Source: Haliotis rubra (taxonomy: Eukaryota). From it: DNA of 64,000 bases. Of the stretch, positions 24,986-38,524 are shown in pieces. Made by a program: the position numbers and the translations under genes. The notes below the pieces were generated by a model that saw only the letters and a list, made by a program, of their open reading frames with translations, did no database searches and had not been told where the DNA came from. How positions within the stretch are numbered: the first letter of the stretch is position 1; every line of letters begins with the position of its first letter. The stretch is from contig NW_025766026.1 in NCBI RefSeq assembly GCF_003918875.1, positions 62,001 to 126,000 on the forward strand, given 5' to 3'.

Positions 24986-26688
24986 AGTAACTTGTTTTAT
25001 AGAGATTTACTGCGTACGTCGTAAACCAATCATTAAAAGGGTAAACACATAAAATATGACCTAATTGATGACGTTTTCCAATTTACTGCAAAAAAACTAA
25101 ATACAATCATTGTTTTTACAAATCATGTTCTAGCTGTTATACAAGGCAGCACATCGTCGACATGCAACATCTGTATTTAGATATACAACGTCCCGACTAA
25201 AGTATACCCAGTCACGAATATCCTCAGAAAGAGATACATTCGATTTGACGCAACCAAACAATCAAGTGATCGATGGACCAAATAATTCAGTTGTAAATAT
25301 GCAATAAGTTTTGTTCCAACATATTTACACAGATCTACTACAGGACTATAGTTATACAGTAATCTCTGCTGCTCACGTGGCCCACGTCCCCGTTGAGAAT
25401 AGACGCCGTTTGTTAAAAGTATCTGCCCGGCTTACATCCAGCGCTTATACTCTTGAAGACGAGAGACTCAAACTGAGATGAAATCATTGTCGGAGTTTGC
25501 ATGTCGATTGTGTCTGTTTTCAGATGCATGTGAAACATAAATCATGTTTGTGTAATATCAAAATGTATTATTGATACCGGTTTTTACCAGCTGTGAAGAA
25601 ATCCATAACAATTGAGTATCGAATGAGTGCAAATATAAAAATCCAAGTTGCATAACACATGTAAATATCAGCTTTCCTTCAGAGCCTGTGAAATGTGCAG
25701 CCACTCGGCGCAACCTTGACCTTTCAAACAAAACTTTCATTCAGCAGAAATGTAAACGTGTATTATTCTCCATGAAGAGGACGGTCGATGTGTTATTTGT
25801 ATTATTTCGAATAGGAAAACGTCCAGTTTTGAAGTATAATCCTAGACACCTGAAAATCTGCATTCCGAAATGTTAAATTCCTGAGTTAAGTGGCCTTTTT
25901 GTCACCCACCTCGTGTTTTGGCCAGCCTTTTCTGAACATTTATCCTTACCAGAAGTTTGCGTGATTTCAGCTGATTAGATCTGCAATTCTACAATAACCA
26001 CTGCATTCAATGAACTCACTACCAACACCTATATACTCCACATACCTCGTGAAATGTCCGGCCGTTCACATGAATATAAAAATTTAAATTGGATATTTTC
26101 TCTGTCTAGTTACCATATGAGTAATCACGTAAGTTAGATGTGTCGGACATCAAACTTTTGAACTAGTACCTTGGCCTTGCTCCGAGGTTTTACTGAATGC
26201 TGAGCCCATGGATGCATAGGCGGATCCAGAATTATTTTTAAATGACCATTGAAACTCGGGTGAAAATGAAATGTGCACCTTCCCTTTTCTCAATAATATG
26301 CACCCCCCTTTCTAAAAAACCTGTATCCGCCCCTGGGATGTATAGTATCCGAAGAGGACCTCAGTCTGTTTTCTTATTATTTTTGAGAAATTATCATTTA
26401 AACTATTAATGTTCACCGTAGAGACTACATGTGCAACTCTACTAGTGCCTTGTATTATACTACGTTAGCATGTCGGCAAGTGCAATCTATACAGACACGT
26501 CCGTTCTATTAATAGATCGTTTTCCAAGAAGCCAACTTTCTCTTTCACAGAAATGGCACGAATAATGCCAGAGTATTGATTCACAGTGTATTGATGCACT
26601 CCAAGTACAAAACAGATCTTCAAAGATGTTATCGTGTAATAGATTTGTTGTTGCTATAAAAAACCCTTTCAGATGATATATTGCAAAC

Positions 26689-26920
26689 ACGTGAAGATCC
26701 GGGTTAGAATTGGTCTTTAGTAACCCATGCCAGAGGCGACTAACGGGATTGGGTGGTCTGTCTTTCTGACTTGGTTGACACATGTCGTTGTATCCCAGTT
26801 GCGGAGATCGATGCTCGTGATGTTGATCACTGGATTTTCTGTTCAAGACTCGATTATTTTCAAACCGCTGCCATATAGCTGGAATATTTCTGAGTGCGGC
26901 GTAAAACTAAATTCACTCAT
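26689..26920 (+). mobile_element. SINE family 2 copy
   Basis: gtgaagatccgggttagaattg...gagtgcggcgtaaaactaaattcactc. Confidence 0.88.
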
Positions 26921-28854
26921 TTACTATAATACAAAATGTCCTTACCTGTTAGTGGTCGGTTTTGTGAGGAAACACTTGCTGTGCTAGGCTTTCGATCCGC
27001 AAAAACACTGTGGCGATTTGTGCTGTGAACATATTACGTCACTGGAAAGCCCAGCCGTATCTATTTATAGAGGACACGTCCTTGGTTAGCGGATGGACCG
27101 GTTACCAATACACTCGGTTTACTGGTCCAGCAGTAACATACATATGTAAAAGTGTAAAGGAGTCCTTGGTGGGTACAAGTGGTCGTCTTATGTTGCAGAA
27201 TTACAAATATAATAGAGCAAACATTAAAAAGTGTAAATATTCTCGCCAATGGGTCAAATGTTTGCGCGCGCCCAAGTGCGTGATATTTTAATAACGCTCT
27301 TAATTAGCCGATTTGTATCATGATACTTATAAACATACTTTCATGCATTTAAAACCTCCAAAATATTATTTCTGAGTAAAAGTGAATATTCTCGCCCAGT
27401 TTAAATTATGAGTTTTTCGAAAACATTTTTTTCCCAGTTTTTCATCCTTTCATATCCATTACAACAGCATGTTAAATTTTGTCAACTCTTCTGTCAGAAA
27501 CTGGGCAGCGTGAGGAATTTAGACGAAAATTTAGACAAAGACGAATATATACATATCCATGTGTGTGTGTGTGTGTGTGTGTGTTAGAGAATCAAATAAT
27601 GACCAATACTCACAATAAGTGTGAAATTTTGTAACATTTGGAAAAAGGTATACATGTTGGTTGAAGCTAATTTATTTTACCACAATTAGTATTTCTATTG
27701 GTGTGTGCGGAGGGTGGGGGAGATGTTGGGGTGGGGGTGTTTGCAGCATGAAATCAGTGTGTGGTTGCCTCTTCATTACCCGAGTCTGCACGCACACACA
27801 CCCATTTCTCAAGATTGTGCACCCTCACCCCCACCCTTCTCAAACACCTGTATCCGCCCCTGCTGTGGATGTAAATGTGCATCAAAGACTAATTTACTTT
27901 TACTTTTAGACTGTACCTTTACTTCCCTATTTACTTACATCCTTCTGTCAAAATGCCATACAAAAAGTCAGATGCACAGATACGTTTTAATGCTCAAAAC
28001 AAACAATTCTATACATTTTTGTCTCAAGGTCTGCTATCTTCCACCAACAAATGGTGCATTTACAGAAGTATAGGAAACGATATGTAAATAATACGGCATC
28101 TCTTGATCGTAGTGTATATGTTCTGTGTAAAAGAGTATAAAAAGTCGAACAAGGAACGTAAACATTCGAACGCACAATATCAACGCATAATCCATGTCAA
28201 CTCGATACCATAAAAGGTCATCTAAAAAAACATTCACGTGAGATTCAACACTGTTGTGATATTATAGATAAATACAAGGACATTTGAATTTGATATCTAT
28301 GCCCATTTTTGCCAATAATACTTACATGTCTTTTCACAGTGTTTATGTATATATACTACCCATGAAAAGTTTAGATTCAAGAGTGTATTTGATACTGTTT
28401 AAAGGTATTGTTTACACATGAACTGATGTATTGTAAAACAAATTCGTAACGTTGAAAAGATTATTGTTATGACTTCAATAAATGATGAAACTCAGTGAGA
28501 ATTGGCGAATTCTTAACAAAACTTTACACCGAAACGCAGCAGTTCACATGCACGATATTTACACATGCTTTTCTGCATTTTGATGCATGATCCTCGTGCA
28601 ATAGCATAAAGTTTGCAGCCACATATAGTGAGTGTTGTCCAAACTTTTGATGGGTAGGATATATCGTTTTAACCTACAGGCGGATAACAGCATAACTTAT
28701 GTAAGATGTACACACTACTTTACTACACACTGCTACATACTATAGTCTGTTTCACAGTTCCACATCCGCCTCTTCTCCCTTTCGACTATCTGTAATGCTA
28801 TGGCCCGGACTGAAGCAAGTCTAGATTTATTCAGGTTCATCGTTCAAGAAAACT

Positions 28855-28901
28855 TAATCACCTGATGAGGGAGCAAGCATAGACTCCGAAACGTCGTGTT
28901 A
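28855..28901 (+). ncRNA. Minimal type I hammerhead ribozyme motif (Penelope-like/retrozyme type)
   Basis: CTGATGA (28862-68), stem II ggag/ctcc, GAAA (28888-91), palindromic ACGT with GTC cleavage triplet, stem I taa(t)cac/gtgtta, then caataaa. It sits in a ~150 bp element flanked by aagaaaact direct repeats. Confidence 0.65.
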
Positions 28902-29323
28902 TTCACAATAAAGATGTTGACATCCATAAATCTTGCTTTTCTTATGTATTCGACTTCTAAATGCCCTTCAAAGATTTGAAGAAAACTAACTCACTTCAGT
29001 TCAAATTGGGTTTCCAACTATGTCCTGAATGGGAATACTGCATTTGGTCATTAATGGTAATTACAACAGCACTCTAGTTAGAATCACTGGAGAGAGATGC
29101 CAGAGCTTGACAAGAGCCCCAATAAATAAATAAATATGTCATTTAATCTTTTACCTGATGGTTGTAGAATGTAACTGATAATCCCCCTACCACGAGTAGC
29201 CAATGCCAATGGAATTAGTTCCTTTATCCCTCATCTTACTAGGGCTCCTTCTCAATCTATAAGGAAGTACCTGGATCTATACAAATGATATATATTCAGG
29301 TGCGTAGTGTTGTCAACTATATT

Positions 29324-32300
29324 CTACTGCAAATGCTGTAATAGAAAGTCGTCTGTGAACCTCAGCATCTGCCTGAGGCTGAGAAGAGTGAGTCGATCCA
29401 CATCGTCGTCCAGTTCACTCTCCTGCTCGTAGTTCTTCACAGGGAAGACGTGAGACCGAGGCAGCCTTAAGAGTGTTGCAGTTTGTTCCACCAAGTCCCG
29501 TATCTGGGTGCTGTGGAACGTCAGAGATAGATTACTGTCCACCATCCTGCACACCTTGTCGATCTTCGTCAACAGGACTGTCTGCGGAATACCTGAAACG
29601 CATATCGACGTACATAAATACACACACACACACACACGTAGACACACATGCAAACACGCACGCACTCGCGCACACACACAATGAGCTGTATGATCAATAC
29701 ACACGTCCATGTATAGTACTCCTTATACAAAGATAAGGGGCGGTGGGTAGCCTAGTGGTTAAAGCGTTCGCTCGTCACACCGAAGGCCTGTGTTCGGTTC
29801 CCCACATGGGTACAATGTGTGAAGTCCACTTCTGGTGCCCCTGCGGTGATGTTGCTGGAATATTGCTAAAAGCAGCGTGAAACTAAACTCACTCATTCAC
29901 TCATTTAAAATAAAATTCACGCACAACATAAAGTAAAATAATTTTCATTAAATCGACATTGCATATGTAGCACCTCATACGTTCGTAATATTCAGAGGAG
30001 TTCTTACCATATTCGTTGGCAGTTTTCTTTATTTTCTCAAACGCATCCTTCACCTCTAGCGGTAGACCATTGATCACTGAGCCATCAATGACGAAAGCAA
30101 CACAGTGAATCTTCCGCTGGAGCTCCTCCTCGTCCTGACGCCATGCCTGCTGACGTCCTAGATGTCTATTCCACAGGTTAGTCATCATCGTTGCCAGCAT
30201 AGCCTGTCCCGAAAAAATGTTCATCATATACTGGGTTTTTCACTCTTTAACTTCCCAACTCATCTGTTTACCGTTTTTTCGGGGAAAAAAAGTGTACATC
30301 AGGATTAAGAATAAAAAATGGATTCAGTTGAACATAAGTACCACTAAACAGGAAACAAATCCAGATTCCTGGGTGGAGGCACATGGCATATGTAACCTAT
30401 GTAAAATTTCACTGGAACACAGTTTAGTGTATAACTGGAGTCCCAGGAAGTGTCTGGCAAAAGATGTTTTTACAATAATAAAGCATACGTTTATTGTAGA
30501 TGGCGACGTTTCGTTTCTTACACCGTTTTCAAACTAAACGCGCTTGAAAGTTTGGCTTAAAACGGTGTGAGAATCTGCATCGAAACGTAGATTATCTATG
30601 CAATAAACAAACAGTTGTTATCCATAAAGTCGCATGCTTTATCATTGACTCACCAACTTCTAGAATGGCAATCAAACAATTAGTATGGTGACTTAATTGA
30701 TTTTAGACGCTTACTATGTAACTTTGCGGACTTCCTTGTATGATGTTTTGGATGTCCCGTACCATACTCTGGCCCATTGCTTGTTCAAATCCTCGTGTGT
30801 CCCACAATCGAAACTTGAGTAGCATCCCTTGAGGCCAGGTATAGATCCTGTGTTCTTCATTCTGGAGCAATAAAAGGAGGGATAGTCAAAGAAAGGCATT
30901 GCAATCAACCATGCCAGTAACCCTGACAAACAGTGATTCATTATGACAATGTTGCGTAAGCTGATAAATACGCAGAGGAACCGCAGCAGAGACTACACGT
31001 CTATAATAGCGAGAACGTTACCTATTACAGCTGAATTTCACTGACATAGATTTGAGAAATGTTTGGATCAAGATATTGCAAATGATACTCTGCAACTCGA
31101 TGGATCGAGGTCACACAAAGGTGAGTGACTGGATAGTTTGTTGCGCCACTTAAGTAATAGTCCAGCAATATCACTCACGTGGGACTCTAGAAATGGCTTC
31201 ACAGTTGCTGCCTATATTCAAACGCCAGTTAAAATTGTTCTTCAGTATCCCATGCTTATCGTAGGAGGCGACTAACGGGATCGGGTGGTCAGGCTCGCTG
31301 ACATGGTTGACATATGTCATCGTATCCCAATTGCGTTTGATCTATGCTCATGATGTCAATCACTTGATTTTCTTGACAAGATTAGATAATTTAAAGACTT
31401 CCGTCGTATAGCTGGGATATCAAAGGGGTTAGTTGGATCCTGGGTGAATGGATTACTTAGAGAATAACCAACGAGGTTCGAGTGATTACGGGAAATATGC
31501 CCGAGTTGAAATAATGTTCACAGTGCCGAGCCTTGGCGAGGCACTGAACATTATTTTAACGAGGGCATATTTCCCGTAATCACTCGGACCTCGTTGGTTA
31601 TTCTATTTTTTACCCATCATGTAATTTAAAAGGAAGAACCACGAAATAAAAACCACCCGGAGACAGGACTTCTGACCTTAAACAGCTGATTCGTATTCAT
31701 GCGCGTATTAAACATAACTACGCTATGGAAATAGTACATCATAAAATCGCTTTAACATACAACAAAATTATTATGCCTGGAATAATTAATTGACATTTGT
31801 TTATATGCTAAAATGATCTTTTAAATATATCATTGAACTTAATAAGAGCTAAACATTTATTTGATCAAGTCAGTGCGACGGAACATCGTTCATTCACGAC
31901 TGACGTGTTTTTTAGTGACGGGTGACGGTGTAGTGTTGAAACACACTCTGGCAAAAACCTGTCAATTTTTGGGAAAGTCAACGGTTAAAAGTTGGGAAAT
32001 CTAAAAGACAACCATCCAACGAATACATCTAGTTAAAGTTTTCTGTCAAGAAACTCAACAAGTTTGAAGATTAAACAACATTTTGCTCTGTGGAAGGCGT
32101 GTTACACTCTCGTCTTAGTAGAGTACAGCAGTTTCAAGAAGGATAACTCTAGTCGGAATCCGAGTCTATGAAATGTGTCCATCTCTGCATCGGCTACTGG
32201 GACCAACCTCTCAGATTGATTAGGAATGCATGTATATAAAAAGTCATCTTGAAGAAGAACATTTAGCACTGATTCCGGTAAGAAAGGAGCTGTTTTCTGG

Positions 32301-35300
32301 TTCGATGTCATGGACGCCGTGTCCGACTTACTTGTTACACTTTCAGATAACATCTTCAGTCGGTATCTTAAGCTTGCTGTTTCTATTTCCCCAAATTCAG
32401 TTTCAACAACAAACAGGTTTTGAGAATTCAAGGGCTGTAAAATTCTTATCACTCTTCCTATTTGGTCACCGTCAACTTTAACTAGGTAAGTGACCTTGAT
32501 CGGGGTTAGCCTAACGGCGGCCATGTTTGTTTACAAACAATGCAAACGATTGTTTGGTAGGTTTTTTAAAGATTATATAATTTAAAAAGACTACTATTTA
32601 TAACGCAGGTTTATTCCAAAATAATAACGTCTAATAAAAAGAATATTCATATTCTTTCACCTTAATGTTTTCTTTTTTAGATCTCGGAATGTGTGATTAC
32701 ATTACATAATGTCAATTTATCAATGAATCGATGAAACTTTATGAATGAACGTAGTGTGTGAAAGTAGTTCCGGCATCCAATGAAAATGTACAAATATACG
32801 ATCAACCAATCAACGTCGAGAATCACTAAATTGCACATGTGCAAATATCAAAAAGATATTACACGGGATCTCCTCACCCGTATGGGTAATAAATGCGAAT
32901 AATACAACTACATTGTATCGTCTGACTACTTGTATATATTATGATTTGTCCCTGCACCTTTTGTGTTAGACTGTGGAGTGCACTGCCGGTAGGCACAGAG
33001 CTTGTGACGTAACCCCTGAAGGCCGAGGTGATACTGTTGAGGTAGCTCGACTTTCCCGCTCCTATCTGACCAACTAGGAGTATATTTGTGAACGTCAAAC
33101 CACCAGGAGGCTTGAAACCTTCTAAGTCTCTTCGTAAAGACTGAAACATGAAACAGGGAAAAACACATCATATTGTATAATCATTATGACAGATCATACA
33201 ATATTATACACATGATGACATATGTGTTCTCTTAATTCATCTTCGTGGGATTTTTTATAGCCAAGAACTATATTGTTTTAATGTTTGTACACTCTAATGA
33301 GAAATCAATTGCACTAACTTTATTATTTTCTTAAACAGCATATAGAATCGTTTCGCCCTAGTTACAACGTTGATTCTTACAATTGCTAATGAAATATCAC
33401 GGTTTATGTACCTCAACCGCCACTTGAGTGACATTTCGCCATGCCTTTTCAACATATTCATTGTCATCTGAAATAAAAATGTATGGAAACTGTAACCCGT
33501 CTCAGTTTAACGTGGAGAGGTCAAACCGCGAATCAGCGAGATAACCGCGTCTTGTTGATGTCTGGCAATAACTTTGATTCCAGCTAATCAACATGCAAAG
33601 ATTTCGCAACGTTATGCTTTGGGCTCTTCGCAACGTTATAACAACCTTTCTTATAACTTGGTGTCACGATAGAGTTTTCCGTAAAACGTTTCCCTTTGAA
33701 GTTCCTTGTTCACTATTCAGCTACAGCTTCAGAAAACACAGCAAAGCAGCATGCAAACTGACGAATAAACATTGAAGTCGAATAAACATTGAAGTCAATT
33801 CTGCTTTGTTTCATATGTACTGTTCACAACTAAGAAACCCATTAAATTAAATACAACGTTAAGACAGCGTAAAATACCTCAGCATCAAATAATATTAACC
33901 TTGTGGCGACATAAAATGACCAGGCCACAACGTTGTGACAAAGTAATTCTGAGTCCACAAAATAACGTTGTGACCATTGGTCTTCGAATCGCTGTTTGGA
34001 CAATACTTTTTAAACATATAAAATCTAAACTTTTGCAATCGCATGTTGTTTTTATAAGTTATGATTAACATATACTTCAAAATTGACCGAGATCGGTGAA
34101 GAAATGAATTTCTAAGAACATTCTACCGGTACGCTTATATAAAATACACATATACTCATGCCAATAATGGTTGTCACCCCCTTCAATTTTTTTGTCATGA
34201 GTATATGTAATGAGTGTTGCCTTAGAATTTTCTCAAAAATTCATTTCTTCACCGATCTCTAATCAAATGAAATTAATGTTAATCATAACGCATAAAACGA
34301 TATACGATGCAAAAGTCTAGAATATATATTTTTAAATACTGTCCAAACAGTGATTCAGAAACTAATGATTTGTGACAACGTAAATTGTGTCATAATATTT
34401 CAGTGATACTATTGGATCGGCGGGGTATATACATACTTGGTTCAGGTTAACCGGTGTCTGGCAGAGTGATCAACGATGCATAAATCAAACCACCAAATCC
34501 TATTTATTTAAAGCGTTAAGTCCTGGGTGGTTTTCCGACCGGCAGTGATTGCGCGCATACAACAGAATATACGCTCGACTTTGATAAATCGCCATCACGG
34601 CTGGGAAATATAACGTACTCCAGCGAACAACTCCGATTACCTACCCAAAACAATAGCCGTGAAGGACAATAGCCGTGAGAGTAATGTGAAGTTTCGCTGA
34701 ATACAATGGATGAAACCAGCTCTTCTCAAAAACTGGTAGGTAATTGTAAGCAGACAAATATTTACTTGACAACGGTTAAACTTACCAATGACAAGAAATA
34801 CCTCGAACTTCACAACCTCCTCTTGACCGTCTGTGAAGTTTACACTTTGGCGTACTTCAGGGCTGTATGCTTGACCTATTGCTGTTCGCACTGTGACGCC
34901 CGCCTGGTGACCAGTGTCCGTCTGTGTGACAATATCCTTCGTTCCGTCGGCTTGACCACCTCCAAATGTTGGTCCATAGTCGCTGTGGCAATAGATAGCA
35001 CAACGATGGGCTTTAACAGGGTACTTCTTCGGGTTGAAAGTGGCCCTTTTGAACAGCTGGAACAGAAAAGCTCTTTTGTCGTGCTTGTATTCTTGGTTAG
35101 AAGAGGGCTGCCAGGTCTGTCGCGTATAGCCACCTGGAATATCAGACAAGAATCTGTCAACACATGATGATGCATTTAGCTGAAACTATAATCCATTGTG
35201 TTTTCATCATGTTGTGACTTGTGCCTTGTGTGAAATTTGTAATAACTTAAGAACGATTTAAGGTTCAATTCTCAACATGGGTACAAGGTGTGAAGCCCAT

Positions 35301-35749
35301 TTCTGGTGTCCCCAACCGTGTTATTGCTGGAATATTGCTAAAAGCGGCGTAAAATTATACTGACTCGCTCACTTGTATCTTGCTGAGAAAGTTCTTCAAA
35401 GGGTTTTTTAACGCGGGAACTCCTTGAAGTGACGTAATGAAAAAGGCGGCGTTCGAAGTATGTAGAGGATTTACATTAGTCATTGCGAGATCAGTCTGGG
35501 AATTTTTACTAGTTAGCTCAGTTCGAGTTTATGGTGTGAAACGTACTCTATTAATATAGCCGTACCGAAAACACTGTCGCCATTGGTGTAGAAGACAGTA
35601 ACAGTGGGTTCACTTTTGTCACAGCGCTTATGAAACTCTTCGATCTGATTGTGGTACTGGGAACTGTCAAACAGGATCTTGAACTTATGGCTCTCCCCAA
35701 GCCACTCCTTCAGCATTTCCTGGCACAGGGGGTTGAATGACATCGACAT
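29324..35749 (-). CDS. IFI44L: IFI44/IFI44L-like protein, gene C (~460 aa), 7 coding exons
   Basis: Exons 35749-35566, 35133-34786, 33467-33412, 33140-32958, 30861-30715, 30203-30008, 29592-29324 are GT-AG and phase-compatible (1383 nt). G1 GQIGAGKS, G3 LWDTRG, IHCVAFVIDG, G4 LTKID, VKNYEQE. Confidence 0.9.
29737..29903 (+). mobile_element. tRNA-derived SINE family 1 copy
   Basis: ggggcggtgggtagcctagtggttaaagcg...actaaactcactcattcac. Confidence 0.88.
31455..32870. mobile_element. Non-autonomous element with ~150 bp terminal hairpin (Crypton-like, tentative)
   Basis: Near-perfect palindrome 31459-31607 (gaataaccaacgagg...cctcgttggttattc) around gccgagccttggcgaggc; internal degenerate ORF 32102-32524. 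Family assignment and right boundary are inferences. Confidence 0.5.
33960..34390. mobile_element. MITE with long (~170 bp) inverted arms
   Basis: gagatcggtgaagaaatgaattt pairs with aaattcatttcttcaccgatctc; ttatgattaacat pairs with atgttaatcataa. Confidence 0.75.
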
Positions 35750-37865
35750 ACTGCACTTGTGTTTAAAACAGTACAGATGTTTAGGTTACTGTCTTGTTGT
35801 CTGAAACAGTACACATGTTTAGATTACTGCACTGGTGTCTAGGAAAGTACATATGTTTACATTACTGCACTGTTGTCTGGAAAAGTAGATATGTTTAGGT
35901 TACACACTGGTGCCTAGAATAATACACATTATTATATGGGTATGTATATAGCGATTTAGTCCATCCCACATGCATGCTCAATGCACTTTGTTTTTTCCCT
36001 CGATCACTGGATGTCAATCTCAACGGCACATCGTATTTTCGTTCTCAACTCTCTGGGGAGCATACAACTTGTGCAGCCACGAGGCGCACCAAGTTATTGC
36101 GGCTTTTTCCCATCCTTACGAGGTACCCATTCACAGTTGGGTGGACTGGGACACAAAGACACAGTACTTTGTCCAAGTTTTACTGCACCCGCAACTAGGT
36201 GTTTGCACGTATTCAGGTAGCCACCATCTGGTCATTTGCCAGCGAATTTGTGGGTTCTTTTAAGTGCACAGGGTTGTGTACTGTACACTAGGGGTTGTGA
36301 CAACACTGAAAGAGTCTGCACACAAAGTTGACACCAAGGATTTACACCCGGTCACAGGCCCACACATGTTTAAGTTACAGCACTGGTGTCTAGAATAACA
36401 CACATGTTTAGGTAACTGCACTGGTGTCCAGAATAACACACATGTGCAGGTAACTGCACTACCGTGTCAGAATAACACACATGTTTAGGTAACTGCACTG
36501 GTGTCCAGAATAACACACATGTGCAGGTTACAGCACTGGTGTCTAGAATCACACACATATTTAGGTTACAGCACTGGTGTCTAGAACAGTACATATGTTT
36601 AGGTAACTGCACTGGTGTCCAGAATAACACACATGTGCAGGTTACAGCACTGGTGTCTAGAATCACACACATGTTTAGGTTACAGCACTGGTGTCTAGAA
36701 TAACACACATGTGCAGGTTACAGCATACGTGTCTAGAATAACACACATGTTTAGGTTACGGCACTGGTGTCTAGAACAGTACATATGTTTAGGTTTCAGC
36801 ACTGGTGTCTAGAATAACACACGTTTAGGTAACTGCACTGGTGTCTAGAATAACACACATGTTTAGGTCACTGCACTGGTGTCTAGAATAACACACATGT
36901 GCAGGTTACAGCACTGGTGTCTAGAATAACACACATGTGCAGGTTTCAGCACTGGTGTCTAGAATAACACACATGTTTAGGTTACAGCACTGGTGTCTAG
37001 AATAACACACATGTTTAGGTTACAGCACTGATGTCTAGAATAACACACATGTTTAAGTTACGGCACTGGTGTCTAGAATAACACACATGTTTAGGTTACA
37101 GCACTGGTGTCTGGAACAGTACACATGTTTAGGTTACAGCACTGGTGTCTAGATCAGTACACGTTTAGGTTACAGCACTTGTGTCTAGAATAACACACAT
37201 GTTTAGGTTACAGCACTGGTGTCTCGAATAACACACATGTTTAAGTTACAGCACTGGTGTCTAGAATAACACACATGTGCAGGTTTCAGCACTGGTGTCT
37301 CGAATGACACACATGTTTAGGTTACAGCACTGGTGTCTAGAATAATACACATGTGCAGGTTACAGCACTGGTGTCTAGAACAGTACACATGTTTCGGTTA
37401 CAGCACTGGTGTCTAGAACAGTACAGATGTTCGGTTACAGCACTGGTGTCTAGAACAGTACACATGTTCGGTTACAGCACTGGTGTCTAGAACAGTACAC
37501 ATGTTTCGGTTACAGCACTGGCGTCTAGAACAGTACACGTTTCGCTTACAGCACTGGTGTCTAGAAAAGTACACATGTTTCGGTTACAGCACTGGTGTCT
37601 AAAACAGTACACATGTTTCGGTTACAGCACTGGTGTCTAGAACAGTACACATGTTTCGCTCACAGTACTGGTGTCTAGAACAGTACACATGTTCGGTTAC
37701 AGCACTGGTGTCTAGAACAGTACACATGTTTCGGTTCAGCACTGGTGTCTAGAACAATACACATGTTTCGGTTACAGCACTGGTGTCTAGAACAGTACAC
37801 ATGTTTCGGTTACAGCACTGGTGTCTAGAACAGTACACATCTTTCGGTTACAGCACTTGTGTCTT
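35750..37865. repeat. 38-bp minisatellite interrupted by an inserted element
   Basis: Unit gtttaggttacagcactggtgtctagaataacacacat; degenerate units 35750-35930, main array 36361-37865. Confidence 0.95.
35930..36360 (-). mobile_element. ~430 bp SINE-like insertion inside the 38-bp array
   Basis: Unique sequence splitting the array at acacat. The minus strand has a CORE-like segment (cccagtccacccaactgtgaatgggtacc) and an L2-like tail (gtgcattgagcatg). Confidence 0.55.
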
Positions 37866-37949
37866 GCATTTTACAGTTATGTAGGCATGATTGATATTAT
37901 GGCACGACAGATACTCGTGCTAGCTTGCAACTGTGCGTGGGATCGGGCG

Positions 37950-38524
37950 TGTGTATATGTACACGTGTACGTGTTTGTAGTAACGGATGGCATTTAAATT
38001 AAGTTTTAAATCATTCGAAAATATGTTTTGTGCATCCCACTTCTATATTCTGAAGCTGAAGCCATCCAGTATATTGCGATTGCAACTTTCATTCGTACAT
38101 CCCAAGTTTGGCGAACAGCTTGGTCACTAGCTTTTAAGTAATCCTGCAGTTGTGTGCAGATAAGATCGAAACCCCCTTTGTTCATCCGAAAATAATCGTA
38201 CCAGTCTTTGTCGTCACTAGTTTTATTCACGTCGTTCCAGCTAACAGACGGTCTTTCTTGTGACAGACCTATTGCAAGAGCAGTACATATCTAATACTGG
38301 GTTTGTCTTCTAAAGCGCCAGTGATAAGAGGACATCCTTCTCTGTTGAAGTTCAGAGAAACAATGAGACATTTTAATGCATTTATTATTCACACTTTCAA
38401 GTTTACTCACTCTACATAAATTCCATGTGAACGCAAAGTAAATTTACTATTACACACGTATGTATATTTACACATGTGCAAATTTACTTACATGATTAAA
38501 TTTTGTGCATGTGAATGCGGCTTA
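37950..38524 (-). mobile_element. PIF/Harbinger transposase relic
   Basis: ORF 38006-38230 (DWYDYFRMNKGGFDLIC..L...VAIAIYWMASASEYRS) resembles the N-terminal part of HARBI1-type DDE transposases; terminus gcatgtgaatgcggc. Confidence 0.7.

Noticed and set aside
36370-36708. Cys-rich ORFs
   Set aside because: Translations of the 38-bp minisatellite.
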